Origin: Vicugna vicugna
Taxonomy: Eukaryota
DNA length: 64,000 bases
NCBI GenBank assembly: GCA_013265495.1
Contig: MU058198.1
Span: 2,554,419 to 2,618,418 of the forward strand
Direction: 5' to 3'
Shown: piece by piece, positions 25,581 through 37,499 of the stretch
How the letters are laid out: each line of letters starts with the position of its first letter
Position numbering within the stretch: the first letter of the stretch is position 1
Notes under the pieces: model-generated
Told to the model about the DNA's origin: nothing
Seen by the model: only the letters and a program-made list of their open reading frames with translations
Databases searched by the model: none
Program-made: the position numbers and the translations under genes

Positions 25581-25902
25581 GTAAGTCCTGGGGAAGGAAT
25601 CATCTGTCATGGTTTCCACACATCTTAGGGAATGGAGTGGGGTTAGATCAACTTAGGCATGTGTTGCCGTAAAGAGTTTTAGGATGTGTGCCTGCCTGTG
25701 TGCGTGTGTACCCACGTATATGTAGAATTTTCAGGATTCCAAACCAAGGTTTTCTCACACTGGTACATACAGGCACAAATATCATTAAAATTTACTAAAA
25801 TTATTTCCTTCATGAATGGCCTTTCTGGGGGGGGAGGGGAATCTTTTCCTAAGCCATATTTGTATTTTTTTTCTATTGATACACTTAATGGCTTTGTTGC
25901 AG

Positions 25903-25931
25903 ATTTGCATCCACTGTTGAAAAAAATGGCG
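25903..25931 (+). CDS. OTOA: OTOA coding exon 2 DLHPLLKKMA
   Basis: ttgcag|AT ... GCG|gtgagt; 29 nt. Confidence 0.92.
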
Positions 25932-26023
25932 GTGAGTATTACATTTTCTTTTAAACAACATCCCCTCTGCTCCAACGGCCAGCTTTTGGCTGCTATACTT
26001 GGTGTAATCTCTTTGCCTTTCAG

Positions 26024-26054
26024 GAAGAAATAATAGATGGAAGTTACCTGAATG
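26024..26054 (+). CDS. OTOA: OTOA coding exon 3 EEIIDGSYLN
   Basis: tttcag|GAA ... AATG|gtaatg; 31 nt. Confidence 0.92.
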
Positions 26055-26170
26055 GTAATGTCCCCACTGTCCCTCCCTTGTTGCTTCTAAGAATTTCAAG
26101 CAGAATGCACATATGATCCCTCTGGAATGATTCCTTTTTAAGTTGTCTTTTCATTTTATTTCCATTGTAG

Positions 26171-26198
26171 CATTGCTGGATCTCATACAGTTTCAAAG
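26171..26198 (+). CDS. OTOA: OTOA coding exon 4 ALLDLIQFQS
   Basis: ttgtag|CA ... AAG|gtaacc; 28 nt. Confidence 0.92.
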
Positions 26199-26429
26199 GT
26201 AACCCACCCTAAAGGGGAGGGGAAGGGATGGCATAGATTGAAAAAAAAAAGTTCCTAATGGAAGTCTCTTAATCATAAGAAGTAATATGTACTCATTATG
26301 AAAAATATCACCCAAAGCACAAGTGTTTTAAAATAGATACGTTTGTTCCACAAAAGTTCAGCCCTCTCTGCTCTAGCACAAGAGCTAACATTTACTGAGT
26401 ACTTACTACATAGCAGGTGCCATTCTCTT

Positions 26430-26526
26430 ATTTTTAGTTATTTATTTTTAGTGGAGGTACCGAGGATTGAACCCAGGACCTTGTGTGTGCTAAGCACATG
26501 CTCCACCACTGAGCTGTACCCTCCCC
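26430..26526 (-). mobile_element. tRNA-derived SINE (vic-1-like)
   Basis: Reverse complement ggggagggtacagctcagtggtggagcatgtgcttagcacacacaaggtcctgggttcaatcc with A-rich tail. Confidence 0.85.
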
Positions 26527-27764
26527 ACATAGATACCATTCTAAGTGCTTTGTGCATAGAAACACATGTAATCCTCACACCGTCCTCTTGTTATCACACT
26601 AGACAGAAGGAAACAGAAGCCTGGGGAGGTGAATTAAGGTCACACAGCTGGGAAGTGGTGGAGCCCAGAGTGTGTATCCAGCAGCCTGGCTCCAGGGCTC
26701 ACTGTCACTCTATACGCTGCATACAGGCTGGCGTTAGATACTGAGGGTCTGGGGCACAGCACTAGACAGTGTTGTGGAAAGACAAATATTAACAGATAAT
26801 TCGTATAGGACAAGGACTGTGAAGGAGAAATAGGAGCCTTGAAGCCCCACTGACAGGAGCGCTCAATTATTAAATTGAAAGACCCCAATAAACACTCTTC
26901 TCCCCCGGGTAACTCCAGTTGATAGTATTGGATATATTCTTTTAGGCTAAAATTTTTATCTATCTATTTATTTAGAACAGAAATGGAATTATAGAAGGCC
27001 TTCTAACTGTTTAAGGCAGGAGGATTTATCTGGAGCCAATTACTCCATCACAGCTAGAAGCGAAAGTCCAACTCATTCCTTTTTCCTTGGTGAGCGGCGT
27101 TCCATCGAATGGACAGAGCATCTGTTTATCCTCTCACCTGTTGTTGGACGTTTGAGTTGTTTCCAATTTTTGGCTGTTATGAGGGAAAAATGCGCATTTT
27201 CTATGTGTTGGGCACTGTTGTAAGCACTTTACACGTGTGAAGAAATTTAATTCTCACAATTGTTAGCTGTACTGCATAGAAAGGGAAACCAAGGCACAGG
27301 AACATTCAGTTAACTGCCTCAGGCCACACAGTTAAGTGGTGGTGGAGCCAGGTCTCAAGTCCCGGCTTTGAGCCCACACTCTTGACTCTGCTATTCTGGC
27401 CTCTTATGGTTAAAAAAACAGCATCTGTTTTTTAAACTCAGTAGAGTAAGTACGCCTTTCCAAGCCAACCTGGATTGATTGCAGTTAATCTGAGAGGATT
27501 GTTGTGGGAATTAGACTGTAGGTCACAGCTCCAAAAGCGATCATTGTCTTTGAGACGATGGTGTTCAGGCAGACTCCTCGAGTTGGAAACTCCCCCACAC
27601 TGTGCAAGGCAATAAATCTCCTACCCTTAATTACAAAGTTCTTAGCATCCTGCCCGTTCCCACTACCCTCTTTGAACTTCGGTCCTCTGAGCACTCAGCT
27701 AGTCGGGGAACCACTCACCATCGGGGACCCTATCATCACGACCTTCTTCTGTCTTCTGCTGAAG

Positions 27765-27852
27765 CTCCCACATGTGGACGGCAGACCTTTCCCACAGAGT
27801 CCTGGCCTATCTGAACTCACGGAATGTTCCCTTCACCATCCTCAGCCTGCAG
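27765..27852 (+). CDS. OTOA: OTOA coding exon 5 SHMWTADLSHRVLAYLNSRNVPFTILSLQ
   Basis: ctgaag|C ... CAG|gtgtgt; 88 nt. Confidence 0.93.
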
Positions 27853-29438
27853 GTGTGTATCTGAGACCCAAGCCTATGTTTCCCCTCTCAGGGCACAGGG
27901 ACTGCAAAGCCAGGGGCCAGGTAAGATGGAGAAGTGGGCTGGGTAGAGAGCTAGTCTTCACTTCCACAAAGAAACATGTTCTGTCCAGTTTTTCTTGCAA
28001 CAGGATACAAGCTCTTTGGTCTGTCTTTCATTTTCCCACCTTGGATGGAGATGTGGTATATCAGGGTACAGGCTGAGCTGCTGTAACAAAGAGGCCCCAA
28101 ATTACAGCAGCTCAAACAATTTAGTTTATTTTTATCTCATGTAATAGTCCAGAGCCAGGTGGGAGATCCAGAGAGTTAGTTAGTGGTAGCTGTATTTCAA
28201 AAGGCCACTGAGGGGCCCTGGTTCCTTCTATCTTGTTGCTTTGTCATCGTCTAGGGACGTTGTGCACATAGCTGAGACAGCACAGCCATTCTCCAACCCA
28301 GGGGAGGGTGCGGTGGGAAAGGGGAAGTGAAGGGCGAGCAGCTTCTCTTGAAGGCTGTGACCTGCAAGTTGCACATTTCCTCCTGTTTGTGTTTCGTTGG
28401 CTCGCAGTCCACAGTCACGGACTTTCCGAGAGGCCATGTACCTGGCTAAAACCTGGGAGATTCTATTGCTAAAAGGAATTACAGGAGAGTGGATTTTGGG
28501 GTATAATTATCAGTCTCTCAATCATGGCCCACCCCTAAATATTGCTCTTTCTTCCCTTTGAACTCTACTATAAGAAAAAAAGTAGCACAAGCATGTAAAT
28601 AGATGGCAATGGCTATTTGCCATAGGGAGCAACAGGGCATGGTGGGGACTGCGGCAAACTGGGCGGCACGTGCCTCATCAGCATGCTTATCAGCCCCAAG
28701 TGCTATGTTGTGCCTTTACCAAGATGCTGTGAATAGCACAGAAAGCGGAGAGAATATTCTTTCAGAATTCAAAGACCATTATCTAATGCAGCAAAGAAAT
28801 CATGTCAATGATGAGTGAAGTTCTGACATACATCTCTGTTATTTCAGTTTTTATTTACTTTATAATGAAAATGAAAGTGTCAGCCAACACTCAGGCTGAG
28901 AACTGCACTCGGATTGCTGATTGTTAACCATTTACCAGGACACCCACTAGCTGGAGGTGGCTGTTGGCCTCACGGCATCTGCCTTCTTTGTCCTGTTCAT
29001 CGGTCTGTGCAGCTTAGAAAGAAGTGAGGCTTGCTCCTTCTCTCGCGAGCTGTGGGGTTTCTCATGAAATGTGTATATTTTAACCTGATCAGAAGCTATA
29101 CTACCTCTCTTTTTATTTGCATATTTATTTATTTAGTCAATATCTACTTATCCAGCCTCTATTCTCTGCTAGGCACAGTTCTAGACACTGGAGACTCAGA
29201 AGAGCAAGGCAGGTACCCACGTGGACCATTCATTCTAGGGGGAGAGACATTGAGTAAACAACTGTTCAACTCAGGACAGAGAATAATGGTTGGCACTTAC
29301 TGACCACCTGCTGTGAGCTAGGCGCTGTTGAGAACGCCTTACTCATTCACTACTCACGACCCAGAATTCATCCTTACTTACCGAGTGAGTTTAATTATTG
29401 TTCTTATCTTTCAGCTGAGAAAACTAAGGCCCAGAGGT

Positions 29439-29630
29439 AGAGTTGTCCATTTAGCAAATGAAAATACAGGATGCCCAGTTAAATTTGACTTGCAGATGAA
29501 CAACACATACTTTTTTTTCAGTGTAAGTATGTCCCACGCAATATTTGAGATGTACTTATGCTAAAAATTATCCATTGTTTATCTGCAATTCAAGTTTAAC
29601 TGGGCATCCTGTGTTCTATCTAGCAATCCT
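29439..29630. mobile_element. MER53 palindromic MITE inserted into a MIR
   Basis: Self-complementary arms (acaggatgcccagttaaa / tttaactgggcatcctgt); MIR sequence resumes on both sides. Confidence 0.85.
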
Positions 29631-30263
29631 AGTTAAGGGACTTGTCTTAGCCTGCACAGCTAGTAAGTGTCAAGGCGGGGATTTGCACATGGGTTGTCTC
29701 GCTCTAGAGCTCACCTTTTGTCCACAATGTCATGCTATTCTGCCTTTCTCGAGCACCTCTATTTAAGGAAGGTTTAGAAAAAGATCCCGCCAGAAGCAGA
29801 GGAAATCTCTCCTAGGAGAGGCTGCTGGCCTCTGCTCCTCACCCTGGAGCAGATGCCACGAGTTCATGCTGCCTAAGTTTTGGTCCTGTGATGGTGGTCT
29901 GGGGCATGGGAGAGGGTTTTTAAGCCGTGTGCATCTGAGTGTAGTAAACTTTCTGGGTAGAGCCCAGCTGCTCAGGACTTAAAACCTCAATCACCTGCAA
30001 GGATTATTACAAGGAAGGGGATGTGTGCTCAGTGGTGCCATGTCTTTGTGTTTTCCAAGAGAAGTTGGAAATCTGGATTTTTGGGAGGAATCCCCTGAAT
30101 TATAAATGTTGACAGCAAATAAAAAACTCTGGAGCCAACTCAACCAAACAGGTGTGAAGGCTGCCAGCTTGCGGTCTCCACAGAGAATTGCTTGGCTGGG
30201 CTGCTGGCCGTGGTGCTGACCGCGTGCTCCTGTCCTCACTGACACCCAACATTCCATATCCAG

Positions 30264-30395
30264 GCAGCCATGGAAAATCACCTGAAGCAGCGTTTGTATG
30301 AGCCCCAGAAGCTACTGGAGGACCTGAGGCAAACAGATGCTCAGCAATTCCACACCGCCATGAAGTGCCTGTTAGAAGACAAGAAGGACCGCATG
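30264..30395 (+). CDS. OTOA: OTOA coding exon 6 AAMENHLKQRLYEPQKLLEDL...KKDRM
   Basis: atccag|GCA ... ATG|gtgagg; 132 nt. Confidence 0.95.
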
Positions 30396-31102
30396 GTGAG
30401 GCAGTCTTGGCATCCCGGGAGTAGGGGGAGTCCAGGGCCACTTGGTGTTTGTTGAGTTGAATGGAACTGAGCCTGACTCAGGCCTGGGCGCTTCCTTATC
30501 TCTTCCTCCCTCCTTCGTCCTCTGCAAAGTCCCTGGGAGTTTTGGGACTTAGGTTTTCTCTCCTACTTTCTCCAAAGTTCAGTTGAACAGCCTTATTCTT
30601 GTGCGTACCAAGAAATGAGGGATGCTGCGGAGCTCCAATATTTGATTTGCTAAACATCCATAAGTGATTATTGTGCACCAGAGACACAAGACTGCCCCTG
30701 CCCTCGGGGATCTTATGGTCCAGAGGAGACAAAAAGCAGAAACAGGTAATTTCCACAAAATGAGGTTGATGATGTAAGAACAGAGTAAGGCCTCTGAGAC
30801 CCGGAGAATCCTTGGAACCCATGCAGTTGAACCATTTAAATACTTTAATAATCACAGACTTATTTTAATGTCTGTTATTAAAATACACATCAAATCTGTG
30901 AGCTTGGTGGAGACGTAATGTTTCCTTTTGAAATGGATTTTTTTTTTAAAAAAAGGGGTTAGTTTAAAGTAAAAACATGAACTAAATAATCATAAAGGCA
31001 ATGCAAAAATATGGCAAAAATGAGGATGATGGTCTATGAAAATGATACTGATTAATGTTTATTGAGGGTTTATTATGTGTCAGGTATTATTCTAAGGGAA
31101 TA

Positions 31103-31320
31103 ATCAGCAAGTGATTTCTGTAAAGGGCCCAACAGCAAATATTTGAGGCTTTGCAGGCCATACGATCTCTCATAGCTACTCTACTTGGCCATTGTAACGT
31201 CAAAGCAGCCATAGATGACTGGTAAATGAAAGAGTGTGGATGTGTTCCAATAAAACTTTATTCACAAAAACAGGCAGTGGGCCAGATTTGGCCTGTGGGT
31301 TAGATCTGCCAACTGTCCTA
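31103..31320. mobile_element. MER58A-type DNA transposon
   Basis: tttctgtaaagggcc...ggctttgcaggccatac...gttccaataaaactttatt...gggccagatttggcc. Confidence 0.75.
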
Positions 31321-33231
31321 GGGTTTTAACATGCCAGGACATATCGGATTGTCTCCAGGACCTTCTGGAATAAGGATAATTAGAATCTTACCATTTCAAC
31401 GTTCAGATGAGGAAACGGGCTTGGAGAGGCTGAGTGCATAACCTCGGGTTACACAGCTTGAAAGTGGCAAACCTGAGGGGGGAACCTAGGAGGAACCAGC
31501 TGTGAGCCCTCTGGCATCTTTGTGATGCCCATGGGCTCCTCAGAATAATGTTAAAATCTATTAAAATGAAATACAAAAGATGACAAAAGAAGCTGATTCT
31601 ATTGGAAGACATTTATCAAAATACATAAGACAAAGTTGGGGTACAGTAATTTCTGTTTCTGTAACACATCCAATAACAAAATTTAGCAGTGGGTCTAATA
31701 ACTTCTGTATTTCTGAGGAAGTGTTGAGTGTGATTTCAAGACATTTGCAAGAACCGTAGTGTGTTATGAAAGTGCGTGATTTCTGGTGGCAACACATCAA
31801 AGGTTCTTCTGCCACCTGGCCAGCTTGCTGCCTATGTACGTTCATCCCTGAAGGAGATGCCAGGGGGCAGCTCCACAGCAGTGGGAAGGAGGATGCAGCT
31901 TCTCCCCAGTGCTCACAGATGCTCTAATGCTATTCATTGAGCCCCTAAGTTACACTTTTAGCCCCTGCGCTGTTGAGCCCTGAACGGAAATGGCTGAAGT
32001 CAGGAAACAGTTGGTCACGGCTGGAGGTGTGGGCTTGGACTTGTCAGACCCCAGCTCCGTGCAGGTCTGGGCAGGTTGCCATTCTCTCTCTTGTTCTCGT
32101 CCCCTGTGGCACTGAGTTAATTACACCATACGATGCTTGCTGAGTGTTCACTTGGTACCAGGCACTCTCCATTCATGACCTCATTCAATTCTGATAGAAA
32201 TCTAAGAGGTAGGCACTGATTTGATCTCCATTCGAGAGGAAGAAACTGAGACTTAAAAAAGATGATTTACTCAAGGACCCACACATGTATAAGTGGAGGA
32301 CCTGGGATTTGAACCTGGGGATGTCTGACCCTCCAGCTTACAGGGCTTAACCTATAGGACTGTTGTGACAATTATAGGAGTCGGTGCGTGTTCCCTCCAT
32401 GCCTGGCACAGTGGCTCATGTGTAGTCCACACTCAGTAAATTGTGACTGTTATTTTCAAAGGATGTGTTGCTTGAAGGATGGAGTGTGTCAAGTCAGATT
32501 GTGCCTAAACCCTGTCAGCATTTGGGAATCTGTGGTTCACAGGATTCATTCATTCATTCATTCATTCATTCATTCTAACAGGCTATTTCTCAGTGTCTTC
32601 TAGGTACCAGGCATCCTCCTAGCACATGGCTTGGGCCTCAGGACTTTCCTGGCTCAACCCCAGCTGCACACTGTACTCACCAGAGACCAATTAAATCAGA
32701 CTCTAAATGGTGGTGCAGGGGATCACCTCCTTAGCGGTTCTGATGTGCAGCCAGGGTCGAGATCCATTGGCTTGGAGGAAAGATAGGCCCATAAGCATCT
32801 CTAACGCATCATGGAGTTTGGTTCAAGATGCTCTTGGGAGCCCAGAGGGGAGGGAGATTTGACCTGACCAAAGTAAGAGGAATCAAAGAAGACCTCACCA
32901 ATTAAAAGACAACTGAGCTTGGCCTTAAAAGGATCAGCTGGATTTTGCTGGGAGAAGGAGGTGGGGAGGGGACTCCAGCTAGGGCAAGGGCCTGAGGTGT
33001 GGTGGTCATGGTGTATCTGGAGAGAGAGAGAAGGTGCCTAGTGTGGGTGAAGCAGGTGGAGGCCTTGACTTTGTTCTGGAGGTGGTGGAAAGTTCTAGAA
33101 GTTTTGACATCACAGCATGGTATTTAATAGTGGTCCTGAATTTCACCACTGCTGCTAAGTGTGGTCCCTCCCAGGGCTTCCAAATCGAGAGGCAGCTCTC
33201 TAGACAACCCTAACTCCTATCCTCCCCTTAG

Positions 33232-33467
33232 GAGCTGGACGACATCGTTATTGACTTGGCAGAGGTTCAGAAACAAGCTTTGCAGAGCCCGGGGGTGAAC
33301 CGCAGCCTATTTCTCATCACGCTGGAGAGGTGTTTCCAGGAGCTGAACCCCCTGGAGTGTGTGGAGATCCTGGGTAGGGTGCTGAGGGGGTCCTCAGGCT
33401 GCTTGCTGCAGCCGGACATCGTGGAGAGGCTCCCCCGAGACCTGCGTGAGGACGCCTTCAAGAACCT
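33232..33467 (+). CDS. OTOA: OTOA coding exon 7 ELDDIVIDL...REDAFKNL
   Basis: ccttag|GAG ... CCT|gtgagt; 236 nt. Confidence 0.95.
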
Positions 33468-33756
33468 GTGAGTACCCGCCCCTGCCTCCCCCGCTTGGAG
33501 ACATCATACCAATTGGAAGAGGCCAGGCACAAAGGTGACATACTATATGATGGCATTTATCTGAGCTATCCAGAAGAGGCAAATCCACGGAGATAGAAAG
33601 TAGATTAGTGGTTTCTAGGAGTTGGGGTGACAAGAAGTTCAGGGGTGATAGCTAAAAGGTATGGGTTTTTTTGAGGTACTGAAAGTGTTCTACAATTGAT
33701 TGTGGTAATGGCTGCACACTTCTGTCATTATACTGAAAAGCATTGAATTGTACACT

Positions 33757-33857
33757 ATTTTATTTTTATTTTTTTGGCTCCCAGGTCTTTAATAAGGGGC
33801 TTGGGAGGGGGCAGGCTGTCCACTGGAGGTGGCTGGGAGGAGAGGTCTCTGCAGCAG
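33757..33857 (-). pseudogene. Tiny 5'-truncated retrocopy of an unidentified mRNA 3' end
   Basis: 82 nt of unique GC-rich sequence with ATTAAA (33793-33788) 12 nt before an A-rich tail; flanked by TSD tgtacact (33749-33756 / 33858-33865). Confidence 0.6.
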
Positions 33858-33867
33858 TGTACACTTC

Positions 33868-34006
33868 ATTTTTATTTATTTAAAATTATTTTTTGGGGGA
33901 GGTAATTAGATTTATTTATTCACTTATTGTAATGGAGGTACTGGGGTTTGCACCCAGGACCTTTGCATGTGAAGCATGCACTCCACCACTGAACTATACC
34001 CTCCCC
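33868..34006 (-). mobile_element. tRNA-derived SINE (vic-1-like)
   Basis: ggggagggtatagttcagtggtggagtgcatgc...aggtcctgggtgcaaaccccagtacctcc on the minus strand plus A-rich tail. Confidence 0.85.
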
Positions 34007-34304
34007 TCAAACTGTATGCCTTAATTGGGCAAATTTTATGGTATATGAATTATATCTGAATAAAGCTGTTACCAAAAAATAATAAAATAAAAAACTGACC
34101 AAGTGGTGAGGAGTGGGGATCACTCTTTGGAAGGTATTTAACCGTAATGAGAAGAGGAGAAATGGGAAAACAGATATATCCAGCAAGAGAGTGGGAAGGG
34201 CTTTTAACCGAAGACAGCTTTGTGTACCTTGGCTGTTTTGACCCAGCCTTGAGGCAGCTGTCATCTGTTCGTTCCCTAACTGATGCCATGTTTGTGTCAT
34301 TCAG

Positions 34305-34408
34305 ATCTGCGGTATTCAAAGATCTCTACGACCAAACCTCAGCCCATTCCCAGAAAGCTCTCTATTCCTGGATGACTGGGGTCTTGCAGACATCCTCCAA
34401 CGTCACTG
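34305..34408 (+). CDS. OTOA: OTOA coding exon 8 SAVFKDLYDQTSAHSQKALYSWMTGVLQTSSNVT
   Basis: attcag|A ... CTG|gtgagc; 104 nt. Confidence 0.95.
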
Positions 34409-34986
34409 GTGAGCCCATGCTTTGAGTGGGGGACCCTTCTGAGGGGGAGTCCATCCTTCAGAGAGGTGCTTCATCTCAGAAGATACGGATTTGATTTAAT
34501 TGTCCCTCATAATTTTTACCTCCCTCAACGTCTGAAAAGGATTTGATGTGGCTTGTGGAGTCAAACACACACCCCATTTCATCGATGCGTTTTTCATGCG
34601 CTGAAGTCTCTGCAGGAAGGATCATCTGTATCTCACCATCAATGTCCTAGTTTCTTAGTGGAAGGTAAATCATGACAGCATTCCTTCCAGGCAGAGGAAG
34701 CAGCAAATACAAAGGCCCTGAGGTGGGAATGAGCTTGGTGTGTGTGTGAAACTTAGAAAATGCCAGTGGGATTGGAGTGTAGCAGGTGCCAATCAATCCT
34801 TTTCCTGGAATTAAGCTCTGAGATTTGTATAGGAGAGGCATTAAACAACGGAATAATCAATGTCTTCAATGCCCAGCAGAACTCCCTCTGCCTGATGAAT
34901 AATTAGGGCCTCCAGGAATCTGAATCTCACACTGTGTAACCCTGAGAAAGTCACCCAACCTCTAGAAGTCCTTACTGCCAGAATTT

Positions 34987-35229
34987 TTTTTTTTGGTGAA
35001 GGGGAGGTAGTTAGATTTATTTATTTACTTTAATGGAGGTATTAGGGATTGAACCCACACCCCCTGGAACCTCCTGCATGCTAAGTATGAGCTCTACCAC
35101 TGAGCTATACCCTGCTCCCTTTTTAAAATAAAAAAGAAAAATTTCCCCCCTTAATGGAGGCACTGAAGATTGAACCCAGGACCTCCTGCATGCTAGACAT
35201 GCATTCAACCACTGAGCTACACCCTCCCC
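34987..35229 (-). mobile_element. Head-to-tail dimer of vic-1-like SINEs within one TSD
   Basis: Two tRNA-like heads (starting 35229 and ~35119); TSD actgccagaattt at 34974-34986 and 35230-35242. Confidence 0.85.
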
Positions 35230-36281
35230 ACTGCCAGAATTTGGAGACAGATGCTCCTAAAATTCTTGTATGTTTCATTATTAAATCAAAGTGAATAAAG
35301 ATAAATTTGGGCTTTAAACTTTTTTTTTTTCATGAAGTTCCTTGAGGTAGCTGGAAATACTTCGGACGTCAAAACTATCCCAAGTTTGAGGATGGTTGGT
35401 GACTACACCACAGGGTGACTGGGTCGCTGAACTCTACAGACGCTCCCCTGCTTCCTTCATTTTTCCAAAAATGCCACCAACACAGTGCTGTTGTGTGTAA
35501 AAGTCTTACTGAAGGATTGGGAGGTCATGGCTGCCAATTCTAGCTCAATGAAACTTGAAGTTGGATCCTGGTCATGACTGTTCTTGAAGCCCTGCTGACA
35601 TTCACTGAATGGGAGTTTCAGATTTCCCAGAGAGCCCTCTGGGAATTCAGATAAGGGAGGCAGTCCTGCGGGCTAAAGAGATGAGAGAAGACTTTAGGGA
35701 AGAGAAAATATTTGAGCTCAATCTTTTTTTTTGAGCTCAATTTTTAAGGTAGGGTTTAGAAGCAGAAGGGTTAGGGGAAAGGCATCCAAGCTGATGAGAA
35801 GGACCCAGCCAAGAGAGCAAAGATTTGTACAACATCTGGGATGCCTACCAGGAAAGACGAATGGTTTGGTTTGGCTCATGTACAGACAGGAACATGGTGA
35901 TAATCAATAAGGAAGATAATAATTGTTACTGGTAGTAATAAAAGAGTCCAATATATTTCAAGTTGGTAACTAAATAAACTAAAAATGAAACTACATTTAA
36001 GTATTAAAAATAATCTGAATTTCTAACAAGTTCCCAGGAGGCGCTGAGGCTGCCAGTCTAAGGGTCACGCCATGGAGTAACAAAGCGGTGGGCACCTGTC
36101 ATTGCCTGTGTATAGCATAGCATCTCATAGGGAGAGGTTCTCAAAAAGTGGTTGTTGAATGAATTAATGAATGCAAAAAGGAGGTCCTGACGTCAAAGAT
36201 GCTTTTGACTATCACATACCAGTGCACAAACTTTTATTTAATTATTTACTCATTTATCCATTCATTAATTTTTTTTTGCAG

Positions 36282-36382
36282 ATGACTCTGTTTCATGGGT
36301 CAGTGCAGAAAACTTATGGATTCTGGGCAGATATATGGTTCACCTATCACTTGAAGAAATTAAGAAAATTTGTCCCAGAGAA
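36282..36382 (+). CDS. OTOA: OTOA coding exon 9 DDSVSWVSAENLWILGRYMVHLSLEEIKKICPRE
   Basis: tttgcag|AT ... GAA|gtaagt; 101 nt. Confidence 0.95.
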
Positions 36383-37274
36383 GTAAGTTGGAAAAGTACA
36401 TTTACATGTTCCCATCACAAATACATCTGGGGTAAGATGGGTTCTCTCATGTTCATCCAGCCAGTCAAGGTGCCCTGGAAATTGGACACCCCGCCTCAGC
36501 TAAATATATCTTGAACATCTAAAGGAAACACTTGGAATAAAGTCTCAAGCAGTCAGTCATCGGACTGCGTTCTAGTGTAGAAGAGCTAAGAAAAGAGAAA
36601 GAATTATGGACAACTAAGATAGCTCTGATGTGAAAAAACATGATCCAAAGAGAATGCTGGCTGTGAACGAAAAATCGTTTAAGGGTAATTTTGTGCTTCA
36701 GAAAGGGCTAGGACACTAGTTACAGAGTTTCTGGTCCTCGGAAGCTCGAACCCAAATGAGAAGCAACATGGATGAATAGCTACTCCTATTTATGGTTATG
36801 TTTATTGATAGCTACTTCAGCATGAGCAGTGATTGGATTTCAACTCGAGTTTACAGTGGAGAAATGTACATATTCAAGGTTACTGTCTCTCTCCTACTGA
36901 CGCTGGCCCGGCGACACTAAAATCCCTTGAGTAGCATGGTTCTGGAATGCAGCCTCCTAAGAGTGTTGCCAACAGGGAGGCATTCATTAAGAGTTTGGGG
37001 CTTGCCTCCAGTTTTTATCATATGTGCCCTGACTTCCTCCTGGCCAGCTTGTGCGAGGACCGGTTGACCCAACAGTATCTGGCTGTTACGAAACCACAGA
37101 GGCAGACCTGGATTCCTCTTTTCACCTAGGAGGCTGGGACTGTTTCAGACGTCTCTCAATTTTATAATCCTCAATCATAAAATGGCTTAAACTTCCACTT
37201 TACTCTCCCAAAGTTGGGTGAATTTTAGGAAGTCAATAGAGTTTCAAATTTATTTTTAATAGTTTTAGACCAGT

Positions 37275-37403
37275 GTTTTTTTTGGGGGGTGGGGTGGGGG
37301 TAATTAAGTTCATTTATGTATTCACTTACGGAGGCAGTGGGGATTGAACCCAGGACCTTGTGCATGCTAGGCAAGCGCTCTACCACTGAGCTATACCCTC
37401 CCC
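37275..37403 (-). mobile_element. tRNA-derived SINE (vic-1-like)
   Basis: ggggagggtatagctcagtggtagagcgcttgcctagcatgcacaaggtcctgggttcaatcccc on the minus strand. Confidence 0.88.
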
Positions 37404-37499
37404 TACATAGAGGTTCAATTCTTAGGAAACTGGGCCCCTTGTGGGGAATTTCTGAGATCAAGAGGCCATTAGCAACATTTCTTCATCTTCTAAAAATGT

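Larger units (their letters stand above)
33525..34085 (+). mobile_element. L1M 3' end interrupted by a small retrocopy and a SINE
   Basis: L1M 3'UTR (gatagaaagtagattagtggtt...aattgtacact | aattttatggtatatgaattatatctgaataaagctgtt) split at 33757-34006. Confidence 0.8.

Noticed and set aside
37330..37403. tRNA genes (tRNA-like heads here and at ~19272, 26526, 34006, 35229, 55330)
   Set aside because: Diverged copies with A-rich tails and TSDs identify them as SINEs, not functional tRNAs
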